64,000 nt of DNA from Lama guanicoe (GCA_013239625.1 MU054338.1:3993371-4057370), one strand, 5' to 3'. Shown: positions 23,506 through 35,405, numbered from the stretch's first letter. The notes: generated by a model from the sequence alone, not told the origin. A program made the numbers and translations.

Positions 23506-26500
23506 GCCCCTGACCCAACCCCAAGTTCCTTGGAATATTAAAAGATTCCACAGGCTTTCTTTGCTCAAATAAAACAACAGCACTTTTGCCAATTTACAGA
23601 CAAATATGTGATGGAGACATTTCTCAGACTGAAAACAGTCTGCCCTACAAATATTTCTCAAACCCTTGGTACAGGGCTCCTGTTATCTGCTAGTGAATAG
23701 CCAGAAACAAGAGAACACTCCCCACAAGCACTGCATCACCGGGAAACACTCATCAGCCCGTCACGCCTGATTCCACAGCAGAAGACGCCGCAGCAGAAGT
23801 TTTAAAAGACGTGCTCGTAGGTGCTACCGTGCTGCAGCATGATATTTTAGAATCCAATCATGTGCCAATAAAACACTGCAAGTTCACGTGATTTAATTAA
23901 ACGTGCTGGCAGTCAGTGGTGTCCCACAAAGACATCATGCAGCTCCCCACCTCCAACCAGCTTTCAAACCCTTCACATGGCCAGAGCCACAGCAAAAGCT
24001 AAGGTTCCAAACACTGGCAAATGGTCTATAACTCGGCAGAAAGGAGCATTCATTTGCTCCACAAATTCTCAGTCCTGTGTTTTGTTGATGAACTAATTCT
24101 AACAAATCTAAGCACATTTGTTTCAAATTGACTTTCAACAGAGTAAAACCTTTGAAAAGTTCCAACACAAACATGAATCGAGCCACTGCAACTGGCTTGA
24201 CGTAGAATTAGGCATCTAACATCCTCCACTGTGTCCACGGCTCCCGGCTACAGGACTGGCAGCAGTCTGGCTGTAAGACCACATCCCGAGGAAGATTCCT
24301 GCGCTTTCTGGAAAAGAACCTGACTTGCAGTGTTGGCGGGGCCAAAAGGGGAGTCGACTAACAGTCAGAAGCCTTTGATGAAAACTTCTTTGGGGATTTT
24401 GTAAAGGAAAACTAGGTATTGAAAGGGCCAGAATGTTCATTTAGACCAAATCAAAAACATGGAGTTTTGAAGGCTATCAGATCTCAGGCAAGGGTTTCAT
24501 GATTCCTGCTTTTTTATTTGATGTAGGCCTTGCCTCTGAAGAATGCTCTGGGCCCAAGTGTTTGATTCACTCATGTATGGAGTAGGAAGCCCTCGGGGGA
24601 AGTGTGGCAGGGACGGTGGTCCCTGTGCCCTGGAAGCACACAAGAACAGGAAGTAAGACATGGAAATCACTACCGCCCGTCCACGGAGTCTTGGGGTGCT
24701 AAATCTATGTGCCGTGGCACCTCTGGCTGATTAACCCCATGCTCCCTAACCCAGAGGTGATTCTGCCCCCCCAGGGATCTGCCACATCCAGAGATGTAGC
24801 TGTTGTCACGACTTGGGGGTGGGGTGGGTGTTCCTGGCAGGTGGGAGCCAGGGAAGCTGCTCAACCTCCTACAAAGCCTAGGACACCCCTCCACAACCGC
24901 CCTCCCACCTACAACGATCCAGCCTCAAAGCCAACAGTGATAAGGTGGAGAAACCGGGTCTGGTCTTCTGTTTGCCCCCTTAGCTGACGGATTAAGATCG
25001 CAAGGTTCCCTGGTGAGAGAGCATCAGAGGAAGGTCTTGAAAGAAGCGTTAAGGTTTTCAACAGTAGAAATGAATTTCAGAGAGAGGGGAGACCAAAGGA
25101 TAAGACCTGTTTAAGGCAGGGAAAGCCCACTGGGAAGTATCATGAAAGACAGGCAATGAAAGAGGAGACGGGGTTGGACCTAGCCCAGCCTTGAACGCCG
25201 AGCTAAGTGTGATGAGATTACAACAAAGGGGAAGGGGCCAGTCCATCCATCTGGCTACAAAAAGCAGAGAGAAAGAGCCCATCCGCTCCTCCTGAGGTGG
25301 CCCAAGAGAGCCCCAGGGAGGCGGGCTGGGAGGACATGAAGAGATAAGAATCGTGAGCCAAAGGAACAAGGTCGATGCAAGGATGGGGAAGTGACCCCAG
25401 AGCATGCTTACTGCTGCTGAGCTAACGGCTGAAGAAATCCTGCTTCCAGGACAGGAGAGGAGGGCGGGCTTCCCACGGCAAGGACTCCAGTGGCCACTGG
25501 GGTAGAACAGAGAGAGAAGCAAGACTGTGCAGACCACACAAATGTAAGGAAGGAACCGGAAGTCTGGGTGGGGGCCCAGGTCGCTCCTGGACGCCACTTC
25601 TACCTCTGCCACCCTGTAGTTTGTTAGATCTGAAGACTGCTGATGGGTGAATCTCTTCTGGGGCGGCTGAGCCTCCCCGGGAGCACAGTCCAGGTGGCAA
25701 GAGCACTGCCAGTGATGAATCCAGGCATGCAGGGCTTCCAGAAATACCTTCTATTCACTCCTGTTTGTCACTTGAAGAGCTGATAGTAAAACCAGATGTG
25801 ATTTACACAACCAGTGTAGTCCTGAATGGTCCTGCTTCACGCCTGAACTCCTGGCCAGAACATCAGTGGCCAACGGTTGCGGACAATTTTAAATTTCTCA
25901 AGCATCCTCTCCCCTCTTAACCTCCTACACAACGCTATATGCACACACTTGGGTGGGTATCTGACTCATGGTAAGCCCCTCGCATGTCTGATATTTGGGG
26001 GTCACAAATATTTGCTGAACTGATGGAGACTGAGAAGGTTCCTCACAGAAAGGAGTCCCGAGTAAGGTGAATTCTTCCAGAAGTTGAAGAAAATCGAAGC
26101 ACATGCCTGAAACTGTTTTCTGTGGGTCTGGAATCCAAGTTTATTTTTCCTCCAGGCAGGCTCCATCTGTACTTATTCTGAGGAGAAGAGGAGAGGTGGG
26201 AAAGCTCCGGGTGGTTTTCTTTGGGTTCTCCCTGGACCGGGTGGAGCAGGAACACATTTTTGCGGGCTGGTAATTTTTTTTTTTGGGGGAAACTGCTTCC
26301 CAGGCCTTACCCCACAGGTCACCTTTTGGACAGAAACGGATCCTGGAAACATGGCACTGTTTCCCAAAGATAAACAGTTTGCATTTTAAAAATATAAGCA
26401 TAATTAATGTTGCTGTGACTTCAGGAATGGACTGCTGTATCATGAGTGTGATTTCAACAGTTTTCCAAAAAGGCAGGTGCTCGTGAGCCAAGACTTCTGT

Positions 26501-26709
26501 TGCTCTGCAGGGACGCGTGCTTTTTCCCTTCTGCTGGGACTGTCCCCATCTGATCGCTCTGGTCTCTACAAGCCCTCACACTCCCTGGTGCTCAGTTCTT
26601 GAGTTACTTCCCTCTTTGCCTTCACAGCCCTTTCCAGGTTTTTCCTGGGACCTAAGAGTCCCTTCAAAATCTCCTCTGTCCAGCAGGGTTCACAACATCC
26701 AAATGTGAA

Positions 26710-27150
26710 AGCAGTCCTAGGGTTCATTGAGGGATGAAAGGATAAACAAATGTGGTCCATCCACACAGTGGAATATTACGCAGCCTTAAAAAGGAAGGAG
26801 ATTCTGACACCTGCTACAACAGGGATGAACCCTGAGGCCATGATGCTCAGTGAAATAAACCAGACCCCAAAGGACAAATACTGTCTGATTCCACTCATGT
26901 AAGGTCCCTAGAGGAGTCACATCCAAAGAGACAGGAAGTAGGACGGTGGGGGCCAGAAGCTGGGGAGTCAAGTGTTTCATGGGGATGAAGTTTCAGTCTG
27001 GGAAGGTGAGAAAGTTCTAGAGATGATGGTGGGGATGGTTGCACAACATGTGAGTGTGCTTCATGCCACCGAGCTGTGACTTTAACACTGATTAAAATGA
27101 TCATGATTAAAACGAACATAAAATGATTGTTATTATATTTTGCCATGATT
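26710..27150 (+). mobile_element. L1M (L1MB-like) 3' fragment
   Basis: ATGTGGTCCATCCACACAGTGGAATATT…GATGGTTGCACAAC. Confidence 0.8.
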
Positions 27151-27189
27151 TTTTAAAAAACCACTTTCCTCTGATTCTTCACTGGTTTC

Positions 27190-27790
27190 CTGCTCCTTGA
27201 ATTTGGATGGCTCTGCCTTTGGCCTTCTCTGCTCCCTCTCTGCCTCTCCTTGAGTGAGTGCATCTGTTTTCATGATTGCAATGACCTATCACATGCTGAC
27301 AGCTCAGAGATCCTGTCCTCCAGCCAGGACTGCCCCCTGACTCAGCTCCAGACCCCAAAATCCACACTGCCCGCACTTGGAGTTCCCACACACATCTCAA
27401 GTGCCCCAAGCCCACGCCTGAGCTCCTGACCCCCCCACCGCCCGACATCGGCGTCTCTGCTCCCTGAAGTGGCCTGTTCCACCTGATCCCCAAAGTCAAG
27501 ACACCTGGGGATCACCCTGGACTCTACCCTGCCCTTCGTCCCACAGCGAGTCACCAGGTCCCTGAAGCCCCCGGGAACCTGAGAACCCCGCAGCTCTGTC
27601 CTCCCCAGCATCCCCGGCTGGTGTCATAGGCCCTGGTCACCCTGCACCTGGACCATGGCAACATCGACTCTCCATCACCAGCCTCCAGATGCCAAGCCTT
27701 CTGATACATCTGCCACAATCCCATGTGCTCACCAAGTGCTTCCCCAACAAACCTCTCGGCCCAGCAGCAGACAAGCCCCACCTGTTCAGC
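27190..27790 (+). mobile_element. L2 remnant
   Basis: Pyrimidine-rich CCCTGACTCAGCTCCAGACC…CATCTCAAG…CCTGGGGATCACCCTGGACTC. Confidence 0.6.
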
Positions 27791-27990
27791 CTGGGGTCGG
27801 CAAACTTTTCCCTTAAAAGCCCAGACAGTAAGTATTTTAGGCTTTGTGGTCCATGTTTGGCGTCTGTCGCAAATAGTCAGCCCTGCTGTGGTCTCAAAAC
27901 AGCAACCAGAGATGGCGTGTAGATGAGCGAGCATGGCCGTTTCCCTCGAAGCTTCACTTCCAAAAACAGGCCGTGTTTGCCGACACCTGC
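27790..27990 (-). mobile_element. MER58A-like MITE
   Basis: GGGGTCGGCAAACTTTTCCCTTAAAAGCCCAGACAGTAAGTATTTTAGGC…GTTTGCCGACACCTG, with terminal inverted repeats. Confidence 0.75.
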
Positions 27991-29591
27991 TCCCATCCAG
28001 CCTCATCTCCTCTGCTCCCTGCGATCAGCTTCCAGAGGGCACAGCCACGCCGTGGCTCTCCTCACCCGTCTGCTGGCACACCACTCCTGAGATTCAGCTC
28101 CAGCCCCCTCCTCCTCGGCACCTTTCCTGGCCCCTCCAGGGAGCGTGGCCTCCCTCCTCTGGGCATCATGCTGCCCTAGGCAGACCTCCAGTACATCTGC
28201 ATTTTGAAACTTCCCCCCAAGTTAGTCTTTAGTCTCTGTAATCTCATAGGATAGTGCTTGGCTCAGAGAGAAATGAATGAACGAATGAATAAATGAACAA
28301 TGGAGAAATAGCAGAGGCCCAGGAAGCAAGTCTTTCAACAAATGACCCGATGCCATGGCTCTGACAGCTACAGGCAGAGGTAAAATTTACTGAAAACCTA
28401 ATTCAGACATAAAACAGAAGCCAGACTCATCTCCATGGCCTCCAGGGCCCTCTGCCTCTCCTTCTTCTGCTCACCAGCCAGCAGCCACACAGCCGCCCTT
28501 CTCTGCCTTGACCAGGCCCAGCTGATCCCTCCTGCCACAGGACCTTTGCATCTGCTGCCCCTTGCCTGGAAGGCTCGTCCCTCTGAACTGCACAAGGCTG
28601 TGCTCTTTCATCAGTTCAGTCTCAGCTCAACTGTTAGCTCCTGAAGAGCTTCCCTGGATGTCAGTAGCCCAGTTCTTACACACACACCACACACACACAC
28701 ACACACTCTCTCAAAATAACTGCAGAGATCTTAGTAGAAATAGGCTCACTGCGTATAGCACATCTGGGCTTTGTTACATTGTAAATGATAAACAATCATT
28801 GTATCTATCAGGCCATTACATGTAAGTTCTACATATTTTTAATGGCTTTCTATGTTTCTTTTTTTCATTTTAAAATATGGATTATGGCGTGTATAATCTG
28901 ATTCACGGCATCTGAAATCCACTTGCTGTATGCATGTGTATTATCTGTAGGCTTGGGAAATCAACTATACTTTTTGGAAAGTCACAGAATTCATAAAAAT
29001 TACAAATAAGGTTGTCAGGGCATAAAACTGTGCTTTAAAATATCCAAAATCTATGTATCATAAAACAGGAATGCATTTCAGGAAAAAAGAAGTGAGGTGT
29101 AGCGAGGAGTGGGGCCAGGCGGTCCGCTCCCGAGGGCTCAAGTCCTGGCATGAACACCAGGCCGGTTCGCACCTCCAAGTGGCTGATTTCCAGACTTTGA
29201 CCAGATTGGCAGCTAAGAGCCAGAGATAACAGAGAAGGGGAACCCGTTTTTAAATGTTCTCCTCTGAAAGTCCTGCCGGCAGAGCTGGCCGCTTGGCAAA
29301 ACCCATCTGAGCATGTGATGCTGGGGACTCATTTCAGATGGACCTAGACCTGAACCGAGACGAGTTGCTTTGAGCGACTTTTCTGGTTGTTTTTGGTTTT
29401 GCCCAGGCCCTCCCGCTTGGAGAGCACTATTTTGGACAGGAGAATTTCTATGCAATCAAAGGGTATTTCCCACCTTAGACGGTGCAAGGCTCACACACTC
29501 AGTCAAGCAAGACGTATTTACTGAATGTCTCCTCTGTGCTTGGTGGTCAGGAAACCAAAATTAAAAAATCAAAAAACAAAATTAAAGAAGC

Positions 29592-29740
29592 GGGGGCAGC
29601 TATAGCTCAGCAGTAGTGTGTGTGCATAGCATGAACAGGGTCCTGGGTTCAATCCCCAGTACCGCCATTAAAATTAAATAAGTAAGTAAATAAATAACCT
29701 AACTACCTCCACCCCCAAAAAACAAAACAAAACAAAAAAA
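29592..29740 (+). mobile_element. tRNA-Ala-derived SINE
   Basis: TATAGCTCAGCAGTAG…GTCCTGGGTTCAATCCCCAGTACC followed by the family tail. Confidence 0.85.
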
Positions 29741-30159
29741 TCATCTCAGGCAGGCCACACTGCTCATTTGCTTCATTCTAATAATAAAAAATAACATCAA
29801 AAACAATGGCCCCTCTACTGCACACCTGTAATGTGCCCGGCCCCGGGCTAAGCAGTTATAGACACGATTCCTAACATCAGAACCACACAAGCAGAGTCTC
29901 AAGTCTCGGCCTCATCTTGCAGATGCCAAACCTCACCTGGAGTCTCAGAGCCAACGTTAACCCCTTCTCTGCCGTGGCCCCGAAGCCCGCCCTGGCAGCA
30001 TCTGGTGCTATGACCCGTATTTTCCCTTCACTCCTCCCTCCGGTCCTGTTCATCCAGTCTGAGCTGTGCTGAGCCACGTAGATGGTGCTCCATGGCAGAT
30101 AAGGAGCAGCTCTTTATTTCCACATAAGCTTTCCCCAGAAGTGTGCAGGAGATTGTTTA

Positions 30160-30865
30160 TTTACTCATTTAATAAACATTGAGTGCCTACTCAGTGCCAG
30201 AATTAGTCTCAGCCTGGGGGACACCGAAGTCCGTAAAACACACCAAACTTCTCACTGAGCTGACATTCCAACAACAGCAATAATAAATCCATGTTACAGA
30301 CAGCGTGTTGGCGATAAACGCTAGGGAGAGCGAGCGAGCAGGGAAGGAGACTGGCAGCGTCATCCCTTGCAGGTGAGTAGATGGCCTGGGAGTTTCAGGG
30401 AAGGCTTGAAGGCAGGGAGGGATAAGCCCCCAAAGGCCTGGGCCAAGAGCTTTCCGGGGAGAGGTTTGAGGAGCTCCCAGGAGGCCAGTGGCGCTGAAGT
30501 GGGGCACGTGGGATCGCAGATGAGGCCAAAAAGGAGTTGGGCTAGGGAGCCCGGGTGGGGAGACTTGGGCTTTTGCGCTGAGGGAGACGGGATCGGGGGA
30601 GAGCTCTGAGTGAGGTAGACACAACAGGACACGATATGACCCCCTGGTTAACAGGCTGCAGTCACTGGGACAAAAGGCGCCCATGGCTTGGACCAGGGGT
30701 TGGCGGTGGAGGTGTGGTCAGATTCTAGGTCCCTCTTTTTTGGTGATGGCCTGAGAGAGAGAGGGATGGAGGACGACTCCAAAGTGTTGGCCAGAGCAAC
30801 CAGGAGAGGCCAGCTGACATTCACCAAGGGAGCTCAGAGCCCAGGAGGAGCAGATTTGGGGGATT
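30160..30865 (-). mobile_element. L2 remnant
   Basis: CATTTAATAAACATTGAGTGCCTAC…CAAAGGCC…GATGGAGGACGACTCCAAAG. Confidence 0.6.
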
Positions 30866-32449
30866 AAGAAAGCCGATCAGGACTGATCAGAATCTCGGTC
30901 TCCACTAGTCAGTGAGGCTCTTCCGGCTCTCCTCCCCAATCTCTGTGCCCATTCTGTCTCCCACATGCCCCCTCGGTCCTCGGTCCCCTCCTGAAGTTCT
31001 CCCTTTTTTGTCTTTTCCTATAAGAATTCCTTTGGTGATCTTGGGGTTTCTAAGAAGCATATAGGTGGTTTTCAGTTCTCTCTCTAATTCCCAGTGCCTA
31101 TTCATTCATTCATTCATTCATCTATTCAGTACGGCCTCTGGGCCAGGCCCATGTCTAAAACACCACTGCCTGTGATGGAGCTAATCGCCTTGAAATTCTA
31201 GAAAGGAAGTCAAAACACCTTTTTTAAAAAAATACAGAAGCCGATAATCCCTTATAACAAGGCCAAATCCAAAAAGTTCTGAAATATGGAAGTTTTTTGG
31301 TAAATTTGGCACGACTTGTTTGGTGACAAAACCTGACCTAAACTGGCTTGTGGTTGCTTATAGTCCTTATCTACCCTGTTCAGTGTGACTAGTCACACAG
31401 TTTTGTGCAAAAAAATGGATGTGCTTGTTGGGTGTGCCCTGGGCTGGGAGTTTCGGGCACCAGACTGGTACTTCTCTGCCCCCGCGTTCTGTGAGGGTCC
31501 CAACAAACAAGACGGTTTCTCTGAGAACTTCCCCTGGTTTTACAAAAGTTTCACATTTTACAAATAAGTAAGTGCGCATGGGGGAACATATTACTTCAAC
31601 AAGTGGTCAACCTGCATTAACTAGAAAGAGTCGAAGATATATATAAGATATGGTTCCTTCTGGCCCTGAAATTTTACAAGTAAAACAACCTCATGTGGCT
31701 ATAAAAATCCTAGAAATACATTTAAAATTTTGACTCAATTATCACATTAATTAAAGTTAGATTAATTAAATGTTGATTACCACTAATTAATTTAAACTCA
31801 AATCTGAAACTACATATTAGATCTAAGGGATAAGAGCCAGATAAACAATTTCCCAGCATCTGCACTCCTAGTTCCATTCTGGGAGTGCTTCAGTGACAAA
31901 CATGGGTAAAAGATGAATACTAAGGTAACGTGCACTCTGCACCCAGAAAGCAAATACCAACTGAATTTCAAAGGACTTGTCTGTTACTTGGAGTAATTAA
32001 TAACTCCGTCCTTCTCCGCCTGGATTCCCCTTCTGAGCATCTCCGAGGTTTATCTGGGATGAGAAGAACACATAAAGGTCTAAATAATTCACATTGCTTT
32101 TACCACAGAGGCAAACTGTTTCTGAACTCATTCCCGACACAGATCAGTTGGAGTATCATAGGCGCACAGAACCAGTTATCTTTTCCATCATGTATTGTGA
32201 GAAGTCTTTTTAAAAAATGACTACCAAGTCTCCTCCGATGTTTTACCAAGCCTGTTGGCAAGATTAGCGCCAGTAATTAAAGAAATTAAATTCCTTTCCG
32301 GGGGTGGGGGTTTACCATACATTCTTTTTCTCTGGCCAGAGTAGGTGAGTAGCCATTTCTAAGGTTATTTAAGAATTAGTTCAAGTTTTTAAGCTTGAGT
32401 GGGAGAAAGGACAGGTAACCTGGTACTCCCCAGGACAGAGGGGAAAGCT

Positions 32450-32593
32450 CTTTTATTTTTTTAATTTTGGGGGGTTTTGGGGGGGGAATTAGATTTATCT
32501 ATTTATTTATTTATTTTAATGGTGGTGCTCGGGATTGAACTCAGGACCTCCTGCATGCTAAGCACTGGCTCTACCACTGAGCTATACCCTCCC
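32450..32593 (-). mobile_element. tRNA-Ala-derived SINE (minus strand)
   Basis: Plus strand GGGATTGAACTCAGGACCTCCTGCATGCTAAGCAC…CCACTGAGCTATACCCTCCC, preceded by a T-rich tail. Confidence 0.9.
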
Positions 32594-33469
32594 AGTGCCA
32601 GGAGTCTTTATATAAGCAAACAAATAATATTTCTGATTATGAAGCAACAAGATAAAACTATGTTGACAATATGTGCAGGCAAAAAAAAGGTTATGTTGTT
32701 AATGTTTTCTGTTGTTATTTTGTTGGGGAAATCCTAGTTGAAATGGAGAGCCCTGCGTCAGGTTTGATTATTTTGGATTTGCAAAGATAAAACTTATGGG
32801 GAGGCAGGAAAACTCATGAAAGTCTGTACTGACAGTTAAATGCACAAAACAAGAAAATAACTGCGTGTTGGGGCGGGCGAGGGGTGGGGCGGCTCATAAT
32901 AAAATCACCCAGAAGCAGGAATGAAGTCTCGGGGAAAGGCAGCCCAGGACTCGCGCGCCGCATCCTGCCCTTCTCCCTCATTCCTGCGGGGCAACCAGGA
33001 GGTTAAAATTAGGACCGTGAACCACCCCCGCCGCCGCCGCCGGAATGGCAGGGGCAGTTGGGCCCCGGGGGCCCTCGAAATAGCCACTAGGATCGGAAAC
33101 CGAGCTTTCCTAGCGCCGCGGCGAGAAAAACCAACAGGCACGAAGCCGGAGGGAGCGCCGCAGCGCGTCCCAGAAGGAAAAGGACAGGAATCAGGAGCAT
33201 CTGCGGGGGGTGTGCGCATTTACTGGGGTCTGGGTGGGGGCTGGGTTCACAAACACACACACGCACTTGCACAACCCCCAGAGAAAATGCCACCGAGCAG
33301 TTTGGGCTACAAGTTGGGCTCTTTAAACTAAATAATAAATTACTAAATTAAAAAAAAAAAAGCCCTTTCGGTGAAACTTTCCTTGCTTCGCGATCAATCC
33401 AAATAGGGGAGCTGCGGGTGTACGAAGGGCTTCCTGACGGGCGTGGAAAGGCTGGCGGATCCGGGACCC

Positions 33470-34270
33470 CCCAAACTTAGGAATGCGGGGTTAAAAGGGA
33501 GAGTGCAGAGGAGTGTCCGAGGAGCCCTAAACACGAGGATCGGGGTGGGGGGGGGCGGGCGGTGAGAAACGGGTGTCTGGAAGACCGATTCTTGATTCTC
33601 GATTCGCTTATCGGGGAATTTGCTGGCAAAAAAAGTGAGGAGGGAAGTGGTTCTTCTCTTGGACCAGCGCACCGACATTTGGTTAAACAGTGAGAATTGG
33701 GGGTACAGAGGGTCATCAAATTCATTATTTGGAAGCGGGGTCAAAACGAGGTCATCCCCGGGACACCCCAAATCCAAGAATTTGCGGGGAAGGGTGAGAA
33801 CGGATCTTTTAGGCCCTCCCAATTCAGGAATTTGAGGGTAAACGTGAGAGAAGGGTCTCCGGGGTGCCCCAATTTCAGAGATTTGGGGGGTAAACAGGAG
33901 GAGTCCCCAGGCGCCTTCAGTTCAGGGAGTTTAAATGTAAAAGTTCGAGAGGCATTGTCAAGGTGCCCTCAATTCAGGGCGTTTGAAGGAGTGAGAAGGG
34001 GGTCCCCGGGCACCCCCAGCTTAAGGATCTGGGGAATAAAAGTGAGAAGAGGTTTCCCAGGGGCTCCAAATTCAGGGAGTTTAAAGGCAAAAGTTTGAGA
34101 GGGGTTCCCTGGATGGTCCCAACTCGGGGATTTTGAGGGTAAGACTGAAAAGGGGGTTCCTGGGAACTCCTGACTCAGGAAGTTTTGTAAAAAGTGAGGC
34201 GATGGGTCCCCACCTTCCCCCGAGTTTGGTTAAAAGGAAGAAGGGGTCCCCGGGAGTCCCAAAATCGGCC
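33470..34270. repeat. Degenerate ~50-bp tandem array (about 12-16 units)
   Basis: Recurring unit approximately AATTCAGGGAGTTTGAGGGTAAAAGTGAGAAGGGGTCCCCGGGTGCCCC, with anchors near 33720, 33770, 33821, 33871, 33919, 33971, 34018, 34069, 34121, 34171, 34218 and 34261. Confidence 0.8.
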
Positions 34271-34428
34271 GCGCCTTCGGGACTCGGGGTGCGGAGGTAG
34301 GTACCGCGGACGCGCCATCCCGGACGTTAGAGGTGAACGGCAGGGACTGCGCTGCCCGCTCCCCGACCCCCGGATCGGGGTCCCCGCCGCCCCCCGCACT
34401 CCCCGGCCGGGTCGGTCGCATCGGTCAC

Positions 34429-34600
34429 CTGGAGTTCGGGCCGGGAGTTCGGGCAACGGCTCCCGCGGCGGCGGCGGCGGCTGCTGCTGCGTGTTGGTCC
34501 CCGTTGGTAAGTAACAGTCTCCACGGCTACAGTCTCTATGGCGGCGGCGGTGGCGGCCGCGGCCGCTCCTCCTCCCGCTCCCGGCGCCCGCCCGCCCGCC
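34429..34600 (-). other. RFX2: RFX2 non-coding first exon (5' UTR); 5' end approximate
   Basis: Minus strand reads ...GCCGCCATAGAGACTGTAGCCGTGGAGACTGTTACTTACCAACGGGGACCAACACGCAGCAG...CCCGAACTCCAG|GTGACC, with the donor GT at 34428-34427. It matches my recollection of the human RFX2 5' UTR, lies in a CpG island, and sits head-to-head with ACSBG2 as in human. Confidence 0.85.
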
Positions 34601-35171
34601 TCGAGCAGCCTGCCCGCCCGCCGCGACAGGGCGGGGCGTTGTTATCGGCAACGGTTTCCAGGTTCCACGCCCCACCGCCTCAACGGCCCGCCCACGCCCG
34701 CCTCCAACTGGCGCGAAGAGGGCGGAGCGAAAGGCCTCGTGACTTTCCATTGGCCGCCTGCGGTGCCCGTCAGAGGGGGGCGTTACCCGGCGAGGAAGAG
34801 GGCGACGCCCAGCCAATCGCCGCGAAGGAGGGCGGGGCTTGGAAGGAGGCGCGCGCGAGTCGGAGCGTTGGCAATAGAGGCGCGCGCGGGCTGGGTGCCG
34901 GTGGCTCGGCTCCCGGTAGGCCGAGTTTCGGGGACCCAGGGGCCTTTGCTCATTACACAGACGACTGTCGGCATCCTGGCACAATCTGGCTCCGGGGTCA
35001 GCAGATTCCGACCCGCGAGCCACATGCGGCCCACTGCCTCATTTTCATGTACCACAAGCTGGGATTTTTAAAATACTTTTTGAGTGGTTAAAAAAAAATC
35101 AAGAAGCTTTTGTGACATGTGGAAACTATATAAAACTCTATCTTATTTTATCGAATCCAGTATTTTCAACT

Positions 35172-35405
35172 CAAGGGTTGGCAGACTACGGCCCTTGGGC
35201 TGAATTCTGCTCCCCTGTGTTTGCAAATAAAATTTTATCAACACAGTATCCCGCATTTCTTTAAGGGACCCAAGGCTGCTGTCATACCACTGGGACAGGG
35301 TTGGGTAGTGGAGAGTAGGGTGTTTGCACAAAGATGGGATGGAATAAGCAAAGTCTAAAATAGTTACTATCTGGCCCTTCACAGAAAGTGTTTGTCAACC
35401 TCCTT
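35172..35405 (+). mobile_element. MER58A-like MITE
   Basis: AGGGTTGGCAGACTACGGCCC…TTACTATCTGGCCCTTCACAGAAAGTGTTTGTCAACC. Confidence 0.75.

Larger units (their letters stand above)
1..34428 (-). other. RFX2: RFX2 intron 1 (partial; exon 2 with the ATG lies left of the window)
   Basis: Follows the exon-1 donor. No RFX2 coding sequence (MQNSEGG... N-terminus or winged-helix domain) was recognised in 1-34428, and the region is repeat-rich. Confidence 0.75.
32900..35050. promoter_or_regulatory. RFX2: CpG island / RFX2 promoter
   Basis: Very high GC and CpG density, strongest at 34260-35030. Contains GC boxes, CCAAT boxes (ATTGG 34749-34753, CCAAT 34813-34817), MYB-type CAACGG/CAACTG cores, X-box-like motifs and an E2F-like TTCGCGCC on the minus strand (34710-34717). 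Confidence 0.9.

Noticed and set aside
33697..34098. 133-aa ORF with internal repeats (VREGSPGCP / VRRGSPGTP / VRRGFPGAP), or a CRISPR-like reading of the array
   Set aside because: The peptide repeats just mirror the ~50-bp DNA array, whose unit lengths do not keep frame consistently. There are no constant repeats with unique spacers, and the context is mammalian.
34175..35091. Long overlapping ORFs of 177-282 aa on both strands
   Set aside because: Expected from stop-codon scarcity in a CpG island. They are low-complexity Arg/Pro/Gly/Ala sequence with no recognisable domain. Only the exon-1 portion is kept as a speculative finding.
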